Under the pieces are notes generated by a model, which saw only the letters and a program-made list of their open reading frames with translations, was not told where the DNA came from and ran no database searches. The position numbers and the translations under genes are program-made. Shown one piece after another: positions 1 to 9,170 of a DNA stretch of 53,260 bases (within the stretch, counting starts at the first letter, position 1; each line of letters begins with the position of its first letter). Source of the DNA: a virus (taxonomy: Duplodnaviria; Caudoviricetes); IMG/VR virus record IMGVR_UViG_3300036830_000043, positions 1 through 53,260 of that record; one strand, 5' to 3'.

Positions 1-127
1 TGGGCGCCTTCGTGGGAGCTTGAGCTAACCTACAGCGGGTGGAATTCCAATCCGATGGCCGGGCCGCTTGGTTGGGAGCGCATGAAGCTCTACGGCGGGA
101 AGGGATTTGAAAACGTGGTGCAGGCGG
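1..127. repeat. Terminal direct repeat, copy 1 (circular assembly overlap)
   Basis: Identical to 53134-53260; the polymerase ORF reads in frame across the join. Confidence 0.95.
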
Positions 128-375
128 TGGCCCGGGACATCCAAGTCAACGCCATCATCAATCTTGAGCGCGCGGGCTACCCCGTGGTTATGCAGACCTA
201 TGACGAAGTGGTCTGTGAAGTTCCGGTGATTGAGTGCCTATTCCCCGAAGGCAGCCACAGCAAGGGCGTGGCCAAGCTCGAAGCCATCATGATGGACCTA
301 CCGACATGGGCCAAGGGCTGGCCTATATACGCGAAGGGTGGTTGGATGGGTCAACGCTATGGGAAGTTCGACTAG
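1..375 (+). CDS. Family A DNA polymerase, C-terminal part (continues from 51196 across the junction)
   Basis: In frame with the ORF from 51196; ENVVQAVARD and motif C-like VMQTYDEVV. Confidence 0.92.
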   Translation, partial: WAPSWELELTYSGWNSNPMAGPLGWERMKLYGGKGFENVVQAVARDIQVNAIINLERAGYPVVMQTYDEVVCEVPVIECLFPEGSHSKGVAKLEAIMMDLPTWAKGWPIYAKGGWMGQRYGKFD

Positions 376-447
376 CAAGAAGCGTGCCAAGGGGTCATGG
401 CAACTGTCTTTAGTAAAATATGGTCTTGGCAAATCTATTTAGTTAAA

Positions 448-888
448 TTAGACGGTGCCGACCAGGTTGGACAGGTAGGCATGCCAATCATCCTTGGTGA
501 AAAAGTGCTCTTCACGCAAGTCTTTGTTGTCATTGTCCCACGATGACCGGCCGAACTTCGAGACAGCGGCCCAATACTCGAAGGCACCCACCGTAGACAT
601 CCCTTCAAGCAGCAGCGCCGCGCGCAGGGTGTCGTCAGCGTAATCCTTGCCCCGGTGTCGGTCCCCGCCATAAAGCCAGTCATGGAGCGCCGCAGGGCGC
701 CTTGAGAGGCCATCGCGGTCAAGATTGGGCAACCAGTCAATCAGGTGGGGGATGCTGGCCATATCGGTTATGAAGCCCTGTGGCACCGTGATGGTTTCCG
801 CACCAGTCTCCCAAATGAGCGGCGCCCCGAACCTCCACAGGTCGGGGCGCCCATCAATTACAATCAAGTTCAATTCGGACTTGAACAT
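448..888 (-). CDS. DUF1353-family protein
   Basis: ITVPQGFITDMASIP...AALHDWLY signature. Confidence 0.8.
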   Translation of the reverse strand: MFKSELNLIVIDGRPDLWRFGAPLIWETGAETITVPQGFITDMASIPHLIDWLPNLDRDGLSRRPAALHDWLYGGDRHRGKDYADDTLRAALLLEGMSTVGAFEYWAAVSKFGRSSWDNDNKDLREEHFFTKDDWHAYLSNLVGTV

Positions 889-1305
889 CTACCCGCCGCT
901 GGCTGCAATCACTGCGTTGAGTATCACGGCCACATCGGCTTGCGCCGCTGCCAGGTCCGCGTTGTTTCCAATCTTCGCTGTAATCGCTGCGCCCAAGGCC
1001 ACTTCAAGAATCTTGGCTGCGGCAAGGTCGGCGGCAGGCAGACCGCTGTTTGCAATGGCCTGGTCAACTAGGGCAGAGACAGCCGCCAGCGTGCCGCTGA
1101 CACCCGTATCAGCCACAAGCGCGGCCTTGGCCACCTTGTTGATTTGCGCCGCGGGCACGCCTTTGGATTCCGCTGTGGCCACAGCAACCAGCACCACTGC
1201 GTCAATCACGGGCTGTGCCGCTGGCGTTGTGAGTTGGTTGAAAAATGAACAGGCACACAGCACTAGAACGGCGCAAGCGGTCATGAGGGTTGCAATTGTC
1301 TTCAC
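889..1305 (-). CDS. Lipoprotein in the lysis cassette (possible spanin)
   Basis: GTG start overlaps the upstream stop; signal peptide with lipobox VLCAC; Ala-rich helices. Confidence 0.6.
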   Translation of the reverse strand: MKTIATLMTACAVLVLCACSFFNQLTTPAAQPVIDAVVLVAVATAESKGVPAAQINKVAKAALVADTGVSGTLAAVSALVDQAIANSGLPAADLAAAKILEVALGAAITAKIGNNADLAAAQADVAVILNAVIAASGG

Positions 1306-1583
1306 GGGGTTTTCTCCGGGGTTGTGGGGGAAGCGGGCGCAGCAGCTACGGGCGCCGCGGGCACGCCCTTGTCCGCCAGCGAATTGGTGGTGATAACGCG
1401 GCACGCTGCCATCAACAGGCCCGATACGGTCAGCGCGATTTGCAGCGAGCGGCCATGCAGCCCAAGGCTGACCAGCGTGGCTTCGTTGACATAGGGCGCG
1501 AGTTGGCCCAATACAACCAGCAAGCCACCCACCCAAATGGTGATGGACTTGGCGGCGCCTTTGATGCTGGCGGGGGTGTTCAT
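1302..1583 (-). CDS. Putative holin
   Basis: 93 aa, two hydrophobic segments, next to the endolysin. Confidence 0.65.
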   Translation of the reverse strand: MNTPASIKGAAKSITIWVGGLLVVLGQLAPYVNEATLVSLGLHGRSLQIALTVSGLLMAACRVITTNSLADKGVPAAPVAAAPASPTTPEKTP

Positions 1584-1982
1584 TTACATGACTCCGTTGT
1601 GGGTGATCGAGAAGTGAGGCATATCCACACTGCGGAAATAGTAGCCCGCGCAGCACAGGGGGTCAAGGGTAAGCCAATAATCGGCCATGGCCTTAAAGAC
1701 CGGCACCGCGGCTTCGCCCTGTAACCAATTGCCATCCGTGTCAAATGCGTTGAAATCTACCGCGAGCCGCGATAGGTGCAGGCTGTTAGCGATACCGGCA
1801 CCGCTCACCGCGTCAGCCGCAGCTTGCGCAGGTAGGCGCCATGTTTCGCCCCACGTGAGGTTGTAGCCCTGCGTCTCTGCCCACGCGATAAGCTCCGATG
1901 TCAGACGGACGTGGAGCACCTGCCGTTGGTGCAGCGTGCGTGGGTCCGTGTCCGGGGTGTGCGGTGAATAAGGCGGATTCAT
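1584..1982 (-). CDS. Endolysin, M15-family zinc peptidase
   Basis: SLHLSRLAVD (SxHxxxxAxD) and DMPHFS motifs. Confidence 0.85.
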   Translation of the reverse strand: MNPPYSPHTPDTDPRTLHQRQVLHVRLTSELIAWAETQGYNLTWGETWRLPAQAAADAVSGAGIANSLHLSRLAVDFNAFDTDGNWLQGEAAVPVFKAMADYWLTLDPLCCAGYYFRSVDMPHFSITHNGVM

Positions 1983-2260
1983 GAATGGCCCCCAATTATG
2001 AGTTTGAGAAGGTACACCACGCCTGCCCCTATTGTACCGCCGATAGCCGACACCGCGGTGATGAAGCCACGCTGCCGGGCCTGGTACACCTGCACCTTTT
2101 GGACACTGGCAACCAACGCTGCGTGCGTCACCTTGTCATCATCAATGTGCGTCTTCAGCGTGTTGGCATGGCCGTCAACCTTGCCTTCAAGTCGGCCAAG
2201 GTCGCCCCGCATGTTTATCAACACGTTGTATATATCGGCATTGGAAACTTCATTGGACAT
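1979..2260 (-). CDS. Small coiled-coil protein with a C-terminal TM helix (holin or lysis accessory)
   Basis: Coiled N-terminus, hydrophobic C-terminus, directly upstream of the endolysin. Confidence 0.5.
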   Translation of the reverse strand: MSNEVSNADIYNVLINMRGDLGRLEGKVDGHANTLKTHIDDDKVTHAALVASVQKVQVYQARQRGFITAVSAIGGTIGAGVVYLLKLIIGGHS

Positions 2261-2262
2261 GG

Positions 2263-4329
2263 CTAGAAGTTCACGTATGACATGGAAGTGAAGGAACTGG
2301 CCACCGGGGTGGTGGCGAAGGTTCCCACTAGAGCTACACCACTTAACGCTATGGTGATGACACCCGTGCCACCACTCGCGATGGAAGCATACCCGGTGAC
2401 CACAGCGCCGTTATTTTCAAATACGGTGGCAAGATATTGCGGCGAAGCCGGGACCGCAGCAGTGCCTACGGTGGCACTTAGGAGAACTGCCGCGGGCGTG
2501 CCGCTGATGGTGCAGGTTATGCGCGGCACCGACAAGAAGACGGTGGTGCCAATCTGCGTCAGCTTCAACGTGGCCGAAGGCGTGGTGGTGCAACCTGACG
2601 TGACTGTCAATGTGGCGGTTGAATTCGTGGTGCCGCCCGAAGATACCGCAACACCATTGATATAGAGAGCCGTTGCATTTAAAGAGCCACTGCCTTGGCC
2701 AGCCCCTGTTGCACCAACTGTAGATAATCCCTGTGAGGTATCAATGGTAAGTGCTGTAGTTCCTTGGGAACCTAAAAGCAATCCAGCATTACTTCCGTCT
2801 ATATAGACTCCGGCCGCTTTAGTTCCCATGTCCAATTGAAACGCGTTGCCGCTATTGCGAACTATAATTGAGCTTGTGGAAGCGGAACTAGTCACACGCA
2901 AACCTTCAGAGCCGGTGACTTGATTGATAGTTAGGGCATCCCCGCTGCTAGCCCCGGATATGGATATAGCAGTGCCGCTTGCAGGTGCGAAGGTATGGTT
3001 GCCGGTCCATGTGGGCGATTGATTAACAGCAGGAACATTTGAATTATTTTTAAAATAGTCGCCCGCGTTGATGGTGCTTAACCCTTTGTCGCCACCCGTG
3101 GGGGAACCAACCGTGACCCCGCCGTCACCTAAGACGTTGAAGTATCCAACGGAACCCGCAGCGTTTATGATTTGTAACGCTGCATCCGCAGATGTGGTGC
3201 CCGCTTTTATTTCAGGACCGAAACTTTGCCCGCTGGTAGTTGAAGCAGAAAATAGAGCCGTTAAGCTATTCGCATTGCCGTTAAATACAGCGGCGATTCC
3301 GCTAGCAGGTGTGAAGGTGTGCAAACCCGTCCACGTGGGCGCAATCGACTGCGACAGCGGGGGCGCCGCATCGGAGCGCATGAACGTGGAGGCCGTGCCA
3401 TTGACCGTGGTCAATCCAATGGTGGCGGTGGGATTCGCGGGGCCTGCGCCTGCTGGCGTTGCCCATACGCCATCACCACGCCAGAAGGTAGTGGATGACG
3501 CTGCGGTGCCGCTGTTCAAATTCGTGGTGGGAAGGTTGCCGGTGACGCCACCGTTGGCCGATGATGCCAGGTTGATTGGCAGCACATCTGCCGCAACAAT
3601 CGCGCGGAATGTCGGCGCTGCGGCCGCTCCGCTGGCCGGTCCAAAAAAGCCCACGTTGGCGCTCTGCGTCGCGAAGCTGCCGGTAAGTGTGCCGGTGCTG
3701 GTGACTGGTGAGCCGCTGACCGTGAATACCGACACCGGCAACGCGAGGCCCACACTTGAGACACCACCGGGCGGGGTGACCCATGTGCCATCGCCACGCC
3801 AGAAGGTCGAAGAGCTTGCGGCCGTGCCGCTGTTTAGATTCGTGACCGGAAGATTTCCAGTAACGCCACCAGCGCCAGAAGCGGCAAGGTTGATAGCAGG
3901 TAAATCAGCACCGACAATGGCACGTAGACCAACAGCGCCCGTGCTGCCGTTAGGTGTGGCAAGGAATTCATTGGCTGTTTGTCCTGTCGCGAAGGTAAGG
4001 GCCAGCGTGCCGGTGTTCGTGATGGGTGAGCCCGCCACGCTGAAGACTGACGGCGCCGTCAAGGCCACGCTGTTGACTGTGCCACCACCTGTGCCCGGGG
4101 GCGTCGCCCACGTGCCGTCACCACGCCAAAAAGTGGTGGAGCTTGCCGACGTGCCCGCGTTCAAATTGGTGACAGGCAGATTGCCTTGCACACATGCGCC
4201 CGCGTTCAGCAAAATATTCTGTGCGTTCCAAGTGCCGGATAGCGCGCACCCTGGTGAAAACACGTTGAAAGTTTGCGCGTGCGCGAGGGAGGCGCACAGA
4301 AGCGCCGCAGCTATGAGTATTTTACGCAT
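2263..4329 (-). CDS. Tail fibre or adhesin-like repeat protein with a signal-peptide-like N-terminus
   Basis: Three GNLPxTNLNxGTxASSxTFWRGDGxW repeats; Gly/Ser/Thr-rich; ATG at 4329 overlaps the upstream stop. Confidence 0.7.
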   Translation of the reverse strand: MRKILIAAALLCASLAHAQTFNVFSPGCALSGTWNAQNILLNAGACVQGNLPVTNLNAGTSASSTTFWRGDGTWATPPGTGGGTVNSVALTAPSVFSVAGSPITNTGTLALTFATGQTANEFLATPNGSTGAVGLRAIVGADLPAINLAASGAGGVTGNLPVTNLNSGTAASSSTFWRGDGTWVTPPGGVSSVGLALPVSVFTVSGSPVTSTGTLTGSFATQSANVGFFGPASGAAAAPTFRAIVAADVLPINLASSANGGVTGNLPTTNLNSGTAASSTTFWRGDGVWATPAGAGPANPTATIGLTTVNGTASTFMRSDAAPPLSQSIAPTWTGLHTFTPASGIAAVFNGNANSLTALFSASTTSGQSFGPEIKAGTTSADAALQIINAAGSVGYFNVLGDGGVTVGSPTGGDKGLSTINAGDYFKNNSNVPAVNQSPTWTGNHTFAPASGTAISISGASSGDALTINQVTGSEGLRVTSSASTSSIIVRNSGNAFQLDMGTKAAGVYIDGSNAGLLLGSQGTTALTIDTSQGLSTVGATGAGQGSGSLNATALYINGVAVSSGGTTNSTATLTVTSGCTTTPSATLKLTQIGTTVFLSVPRITCTISGTPAAVLLSATVGTAAVPASPQYLATVFENNGAVVTGYASIASGGTGVITIALSGVALVGTFATTPVASSFTSMSYVNF

Positions 4330-5054
4330 TACGATTGCACCCAAAGTGAAAGTTGTGTGGAGTAGCGAAGGCATATTGAGTTGTTCGGCACCAACGAAAC
4401 GTTGCCCGGCAAGCGCAAGCGATTCTGTGCGAGTGAACCCGCGTCAAGCGCATTCAGCGTTAAGCTGTGCGAGCTTGACAGATTTGTCACCAACAGATAT
4501 TGGTCATCGGGCGGGGCCGCAATGCCCGTGATGATGACCGACCCTGTGGGCGATAGATCAAGATAGCCAACTTCGGCATTGAATCCGGTGGGGCTGTAAT
4601 CATTGTACGTGGCCGGGGCCACTGCCAATTGCAGCACCAAGGTAGGGTCCGGCTGCAATGATGTCCAACCAGCGCCACCCGTGTCCGGGTCGGTCATGTT
4701 GTTGGCCACCAGCGACAACCAGAAGCCTATGCCCGTGGCCTTCGCGAGCACGGCGCCGACGCCATAGCCACCAATCGCAGTCTGCACAGCCGCGTTGTAT
4801 CCGATGGGTTGGCCTATCTGCGCCGCTGCGCAATATTGAGACAACATTTGAAGTGCGGCATTCATGTCCGCGCCTGACATCGGCACGCCACCCAAGGTGG
4901 GGTCAGTCATCGTCGCTTCGGGGAAACCAAGGTCAAACGATGCGAGCCCTAGGCCCGCGGTGGTCTTCGGTATCAAGCCGCCCGCGTTGATGTACGGGGG
5001 CACCTGGTCAACGCCCCACACTTCAATGATTGGATTGGCAATTGGTGCTGGCAT
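4329..5054 (-). CDS. Short tail fibre (paralog of the 5059-6234 N-terminus)
   Basis: ASFDLGFP...GGVP..GADMN baseplate-anchor motif. Confidence 0.7.
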   Translation of the reverse strand: MPAPIANPIIEVWGVDQVPPYINAGGLIPKTTAGLGLASFDLGFPEATMTDPTLGGVPMSGADMNAALQMLSQYCAAAQIGQPIGYNAAVQTAIGGYGVGAVLAKATGIGFWLSLVANNMTDPDTGGAGWTSLQPDPTLVLQLAVAPATYNDYSPTGFNAEVGYLDLSPTGSVIITGIAAPPDDQYLLVTNLSSSHSLTLNALDAGSLAQNRLRLPGNVSLVPNNSICLRYSTQLSLWVQS

Positions 5055-5058
5055 GGGG

Positions 5059-6234
5059 CTAGGTTCCTATCGCGATATATGAGACGTTGCAAACGTTGTT
5101 GGAATACTGCGTGAACCCATTTTTGGTCAGCACGGGCGAATTCGCGATGTTGACGCCAAAAAACTCAACACCATTGGAATCTGCCACGCATGTCACGATG
5201 CCATCGCATGTGTTGGGGAAAGCCACCGCGAAGGCGTGCGCTTGGAACGTGCCGACCGTCTGCGCCACGCGGCCAATCTTGACGATGATGGCACCGCCCG
5301 CAATGCTATAGGTGACTTCATTGCCGCTGACGCTGCGCGCGATAAACGCGGACACTGCCTGAAATCGCAAGAAGCCATCCAAGGCTGCATTCATCACGGC
5401 CACGGCGCCAAGCGCGCTGACCGTTTCAATGCCTTCATCTTGGTTCAATCGAGTCACAAACCCATTGCCCAAGTTGTCGCGCTCCATCAGCGTGGAGGCA
5501 ACCGCAGGCACAGAGATGGGCACCGACAGCGGCGCCACAGCGGTTTGTATGTTCGTGCCATCGCAATAGATGGGCGTGGGTTGCGAGGGACCACCGGCCG
5601 GGATAACCACACCCGTGCCGCCCGCGGTCATCAGCTTCAGCGTGAAGGCGCCCGTGCAATTGTTGATGGCCAGCCACGATTGGAAAACCGTGGGCAATGT
5701 GATTTGCACGTTGGCCGTCAGTGCTCCGCTGAATACCAAAAATTGTTTCTTGGCCTGCGCCGCAGTCAGCACCACGTTGGCGTTGGTGAGTCCGGCCACC
5801 AGTGCTTGCCCGTATGAATAAATTGGCACCCAACCCGATGGGCTACCGCCGTCCGGGTCACTGACGTTTGCGTTGACGATACTCAACCATGAGCCACCAG
5901 GAGCGCCCGCGGTGACATCGCTGCTGCCAAGCACTGTGCCCGCGGGATAGCCGCCAATCGCGGCCACAATTGCTGCGTTATACAGCCACGGTTGACCGGC
6001 CTGCATCGCGGCAATCGACGCTGTGATGGCGAAGAGAATGCCGTTGAAATCCGGGCCGAAGGGCGGCACGCCACCGCCGACGATGGGCAGCATGGTGTCA
6101 GGCGGGAAACCCAAGTCATATGAAGCCGCACCCGGTGTGGCCGTGGTCTTGGGTATCGGGTTGGTGATTTGCGGCCCCGCGGCGCTTACCGCAAAGGGCT
6201 CAATCATCACTGGTGGTGTGGTAATGCCTGGCAT
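5059..6234 (-). CDS. Tail fibre protein
   Basis: ASYDLGFP...GGVPPFGPDFNGIL and IGGYPAG motifs; C-terminal FAVAFPN; follows the baseplate genes. Confidence 0.8.
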   Translation of the reverse strand: MPGITTPPVMIEPFAVSAAGPQITNPIPKTTATPGAASYDLGFPPDTMLPIVGGGVPPFGPDFNGILFAITASIAAMQAGQPWLYNAAIVAAIGGYPAGTVLGSSDVTAGAPGGSWLSIVNANVSDPDGGSPSGWVPIYSYGQALVAGLTNANVVLTAAQAKKQFLVFSGALTANVQITLPTVFQSWLAINNCTGAFTLKLMTAGGTGVVIPAGGPSQPTPIYCDGTNIQTAVAPLSVPISVPAVASTLMERDNLGNGFVTRLNQDEGIETVSALGAVAVMNAALDGFLRFQAVSAFIARSVSGNEVTYSIAGGAIIVKIGRVAQTVGTFQAHAFAVAFPNTCDGIVTCVADSNGVEFFGVNIANSPVLTKNGFTQYSNNVCNVSYIAIGT

Positions 6235-6243
6235 GTTGAAACC

Positions 6244-6906
6244 TTAAGGCGGCAAATAAAACGGACCAAAGCCCATGGGCACCGCGTTGTTGGACTCGCG
6301 GAACCCTACAAAAATGCTGGTGGGTATAATCACGATGCTGGCCAACACGCCAGCGGGACGCGGAAGCACACCACTCTGCGACAATATAGCGAATTCCGTC
6401 ACAGTAAGCGAGAAACGGAACGTGTATTGCATCGTCATCACGGCTGCTTGCCAGGTATCAAGCACATAGCACACGCCCCGACCCGGGAAAAGGTTGCGCA
6501 GGATGTTGTTGAGCGCGGGCGCAGTGGTTGCGCTGATGTTCGCCAGCGCCTTGGCCAAGATCAAAGTGCGGTAGGCCGTGTCCGTCAACACAACCCCGGT
6601 GGTGTTCACCTGGCCGGGGGTATTGAACACGCCTTGGCCAAAGGGCTGCACATCAGGCACCACCGCCCCATCGTGAAAACCAAAGAGCGGATTGGAGCCG
6701 GGCACCGTGAGCAAGCGCGACACGCCAACAATCTTGCCCCATATATCGAGGCCGAAGCCCACAGCGGTGTTGACGTTCCACACGAAATCATAGAACGCGG
6801 CGAAGTTCGCGGCCGGGTCTAGGTACTCATTGACGTTTTGAATCAACTGCAACAGCGTGGGGCTGTTGGCGTACTGGCTGATAATGGTCTGTTCAACGTC
6901 TTCCAT
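6244..6906 (-). CDS. Baseplate wedge protein (DUF2612-like)
   Basis: SQYANSP and GFGLDIWGKIVGVSR motifs. Confidence 0.85.
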   Translation of the reverse strand: MEDVEQTIISQYANSPTLLQLIQNVNEYLDPAANFAAFYDFVWNVNTAVGFGLDIWGKIVGVSRLLTVPGSNPLFGFHDGAVVPDVQPFGQGVFNTPGQVNTTGVVLTDTAYRTLILAKALANISATTAPALNNILRNLFPGRGVCYVLDTWQAAVMTMQYTFRFSLTVTEFAILSQSGVLPRPAGVLASIVIIPTSIFVGFRESNNAVPMGFGPFYLPP

Positions 6907-6911
6907 GGCGG

Positions 6912-8120
6912 CTACACCAGGCTGACACTGATGTCACCCGCGGCTACGGTCGGTTGCTGGTCGATGCCAATAAGCTGCGCAGTCAGTGTGGGCGTGGCGC
7001 TCCCAAGCAAGATGGAGATGGTGGACACTTCCGGCCCAATCGCTTGGATGGCGCCATAGAACTTCGAGGCCAGCAACAGCGAGCCGACGCGCACGCGGTT
7101 GGACCCATCAGCGCCGTTGAAACTCGCAATGATGGCAGCCTGCACCAAAGCCACGATGTTGGACGGCAGCGTGGAACTATTGGAAATCTGCACCGCAAAC
7201 TTGATGGGCAGGGCCGGGGGCGTCTCCCACGTGATGGTGTAGGTGGGCTGCGGTGGCAGGTAGTTTTGGTCAATCACCGTGCCCGTGGTGTTGCCGTTCA
7301 TGCCGCAGCCCAAATCCTTCTTGGTCCAAATGGCATTGGCGATGTCCTGCGCGGCGCCACCGACCACAGCCACATAGACCGAATGCGCGGCCACGGGGAA
7401 CGCGGTGCTGCCCATGTTGACCGTGGCGTTGGTGGGGTTGTCGATGACGTAGGCATCAATGACCCCGGCAACGTTGAGCACGGCCGCATATATGGCGTCA
7501 GGGGAGCCGTGGCCGTTGAGGGCCACCGACTGTGACCGGCGAAACTCGAAGGCCGCACGTGACTCCACGTTAGCCCCAAGCACGCCATCTGCGACATTGG
7601 TCACAGTGTCGATGCCTGGCAACCCCTGGTAGATTATGGTAACAGTACCAGCCGGGGCGGGTATCGGTCCCAACACCTGGTTGGCGAAAGCCAGGGTGAT
7701 GCTGCCGCCTACGGGTATCTGGCCCGCCTGCGTGCAGACGTAGATGTTGCCGCTGGTGTCCTGTACGCGCGAGCCCACCAGGATGTTGGTGCCCACAGCG
7801 CCGACCAGGAGTACTTGCACCACGGTGGGCAGCCCGGGGTTGCGGTCAATGAAGTAGATGCGCGCAATGGCATCCTGCATGAAGCCGTCCGCAGTGTCCG
7901 GGTCCACCTGGTTGACGAAAAGGGCAAATTGGTCATTGGCGTCCCCGATGATGGCCGCAGTGCTCGATGCAAGCTGACCTTGGGGAGTGTTGAGCGCGGG
8001 GTTGAGATTGCCGCCAAAGGCAGCGTCCATGTCCTGCTGCACGCCATCGAGCACGGCCGATTCCGTGGGGATAACCAGGCCGGTTGGAGTGAACTGAATT
8101 TGGGGAACGCTGGTTGACAT
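6912..8120 (-). CDS. Baseplate J-like protein
   Basis: TPQGQLA, DPDTADG, GANVESRAAFEFRR motifs. Confidence 0.9.
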   Translation of the reverse strand: MSTSVPQIQFTPTGLVIPTESAVLDGVQQDMDAAFGGNLNPALNTPQGQLASSTAAIIGDANDQFALFVNQVDPDTADGFMQDAIARIYFIDRNPGLPTVVQVLLVGAVGTNILVGSRVQDTSGNIYVCTQAGQIPVGGSITLAFANQVLGPIPAPAGTVTIIYQGLPGIDTVTNVADGVLGANVESRAAFEFRRSQSVALNGHGSPDAIYAAVLNVAGVIDAYVIDNPTNATVNMGSTAFPVAAHSVYVAVVGGAAQDIANAIWTKKDLGCGMNGNTTGTVIDQNYLPPQPTYTITWETPPALPIKFAVQISNSSTLPSNIVALVQAAIIASFNGADGSNRVRVGSLLLASKFYGAIQAIGPEVSTISILLGSATPTLTAQLIGIDQQPTVAAGDISVSLV

Positions 8121-8121
8121 G

Positions 8122-8478
8122 CTACAAGCTCACTGTGCCGGTTTTGCCGCTGCTGTCCACGAACAGCACTTGACCCACTACTGTGCGGGTGCTTCTAGAA
8201 AATGAGGATATCACGGCCTGCGCGGAGACTACACCCGGCACGGTCAACGCGGCCTTCACCAGCAGCGCTTGGAGCACGGCTAGTGGCGGGGTGCGCCCCA
8301 AGACCTGGCCGAAATAATCCACGCCCAACGTTTTGTCATACCAGACTTCAGCCAAGAAGGTCTTGATGGCGCTGGCGACATCCTGCGCGAGTTGGTAGGG
8401 TGCTTGCGCCACGGCGATGTTGCGCCCGGAGTCTAGGCACAAATCCCAAATGTCAGTTGACAGTAGTAGCGTCTTCAT
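8122..8478 (-). CDS. Baseplate wedge subunit (gp25-like)
   Basis: EVWYDKTLGVDY motif; synteny. Confidence 0.7.
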   Translation of the reverse strand: MKTLLLSTDIWDLCLDSGRNIAVAQAPYQLAQDVASAIKTFLAEVWYDKTLGVDYFGQVLGRTPPLAVLQALLVKAALTVPGVVSAQAVISSFSRSTRTVVGQVLFVDSSGKTGTVSL

Positions 8479-9170
8479 GTCGTCGGCACGTCCGATTTTC
8501 CGGTGACAGGCGTAGACCCGGCAACGTAGGTGCCCGGGTTGTGCTGATGCGTCTCAACCACGATGCCCTGGCCGTCCGTGATGGTCGAACCCGGCTTGAC
8601 CACGATATTACCACTCGAATCTACCGTGGTCCCGTTTAGATTCAGCTTGCCATCCGGTGTGGTGATGTTGATGTTGCCCGCAGCATCAAACTGAATGAAG
8701 CGCGCAGGCACACCATTTAGCAGCCCGCCAAAGTACAACCCATCGGACCAATCGAACGTGCGAGCGCTGCCGGGGTTGCCGGTCAACGCTGTGTCGGTGC
8801 CAATGTTCGCTGCCACCACGCTGCTGATGTCACGCGAGCAAAACACAGCGGCGCCGATGTCGCCCGGCTTCGGGTCCAAGATGACTGCCGTGTCACCGCC
8901 TTGCATGCGGAAGTACGGCAGCCCATAGATGATGTCATGTTGAATGGCCACACCGTTGGCGCTCTGCAAATTTATCAACACCTGCACATCGACGGTGCCC
9001 ACCGCACTGACGCCACCGTTGTTGCTGCAATTCACCACCTTGACCAAGCTGGCCGTCTGCATCTTCGACAGCACGTAATTGATTATGAACAATTGCGCAT
9101 TGAAACTGCTAGCCGCATCGTTGGGGCCTTCGTTGCTAAACGCTGGTTGGTTTGGTGTGGATGCGCTCAT
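8475..9170 (-). CDS. Baseplate central spike (gpV/gp138-like)
   Basis: OB-fold VDVQ..PKPGDIG, FDWSDG, C-terminal HxH (THQH). Confidence 0.85.
   Translation of the reverse strand: MSASTPNQPAFSNEGPNDAASSFNAQLFIINYVLSKMQTASLVKVVNCSNNGGVSAVGTVDVQVLINLQSANGVAIQHDIIYGLPYFRMQGGDTAVILDPKPGDIGAAVFCSRDISSVVAANIGTDTALTGNPGSARTFDWSDGLYFGGLLNGVPARFIQFDAAGNINITTPDGKLNLNGTTVDSSGNIVVKPGSTITDGQGIVVETHQHNPGTYVAGSTPVTGKSDVPTT

Noticed and set aside
2596-2609. Operator copy within the fibre gene (also the variant at 29029 in terL)
   Set aside because: Isolated or coincident with conserved coding motifs; compatible with chance
3068-4531. Long antisense ORFs (for example 3068-4531, 21050-22408, 25506-26624, 38218-39189)
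   Set aside because: Shadows of real GC-rich genes, with no motifs or RBS
2263-6234. Diversity-generating retroelement or invertible fibre system
   Set aside because: No reverse transcriptase or invertase; the repeats differ at synonymous positions rather than only at adenines
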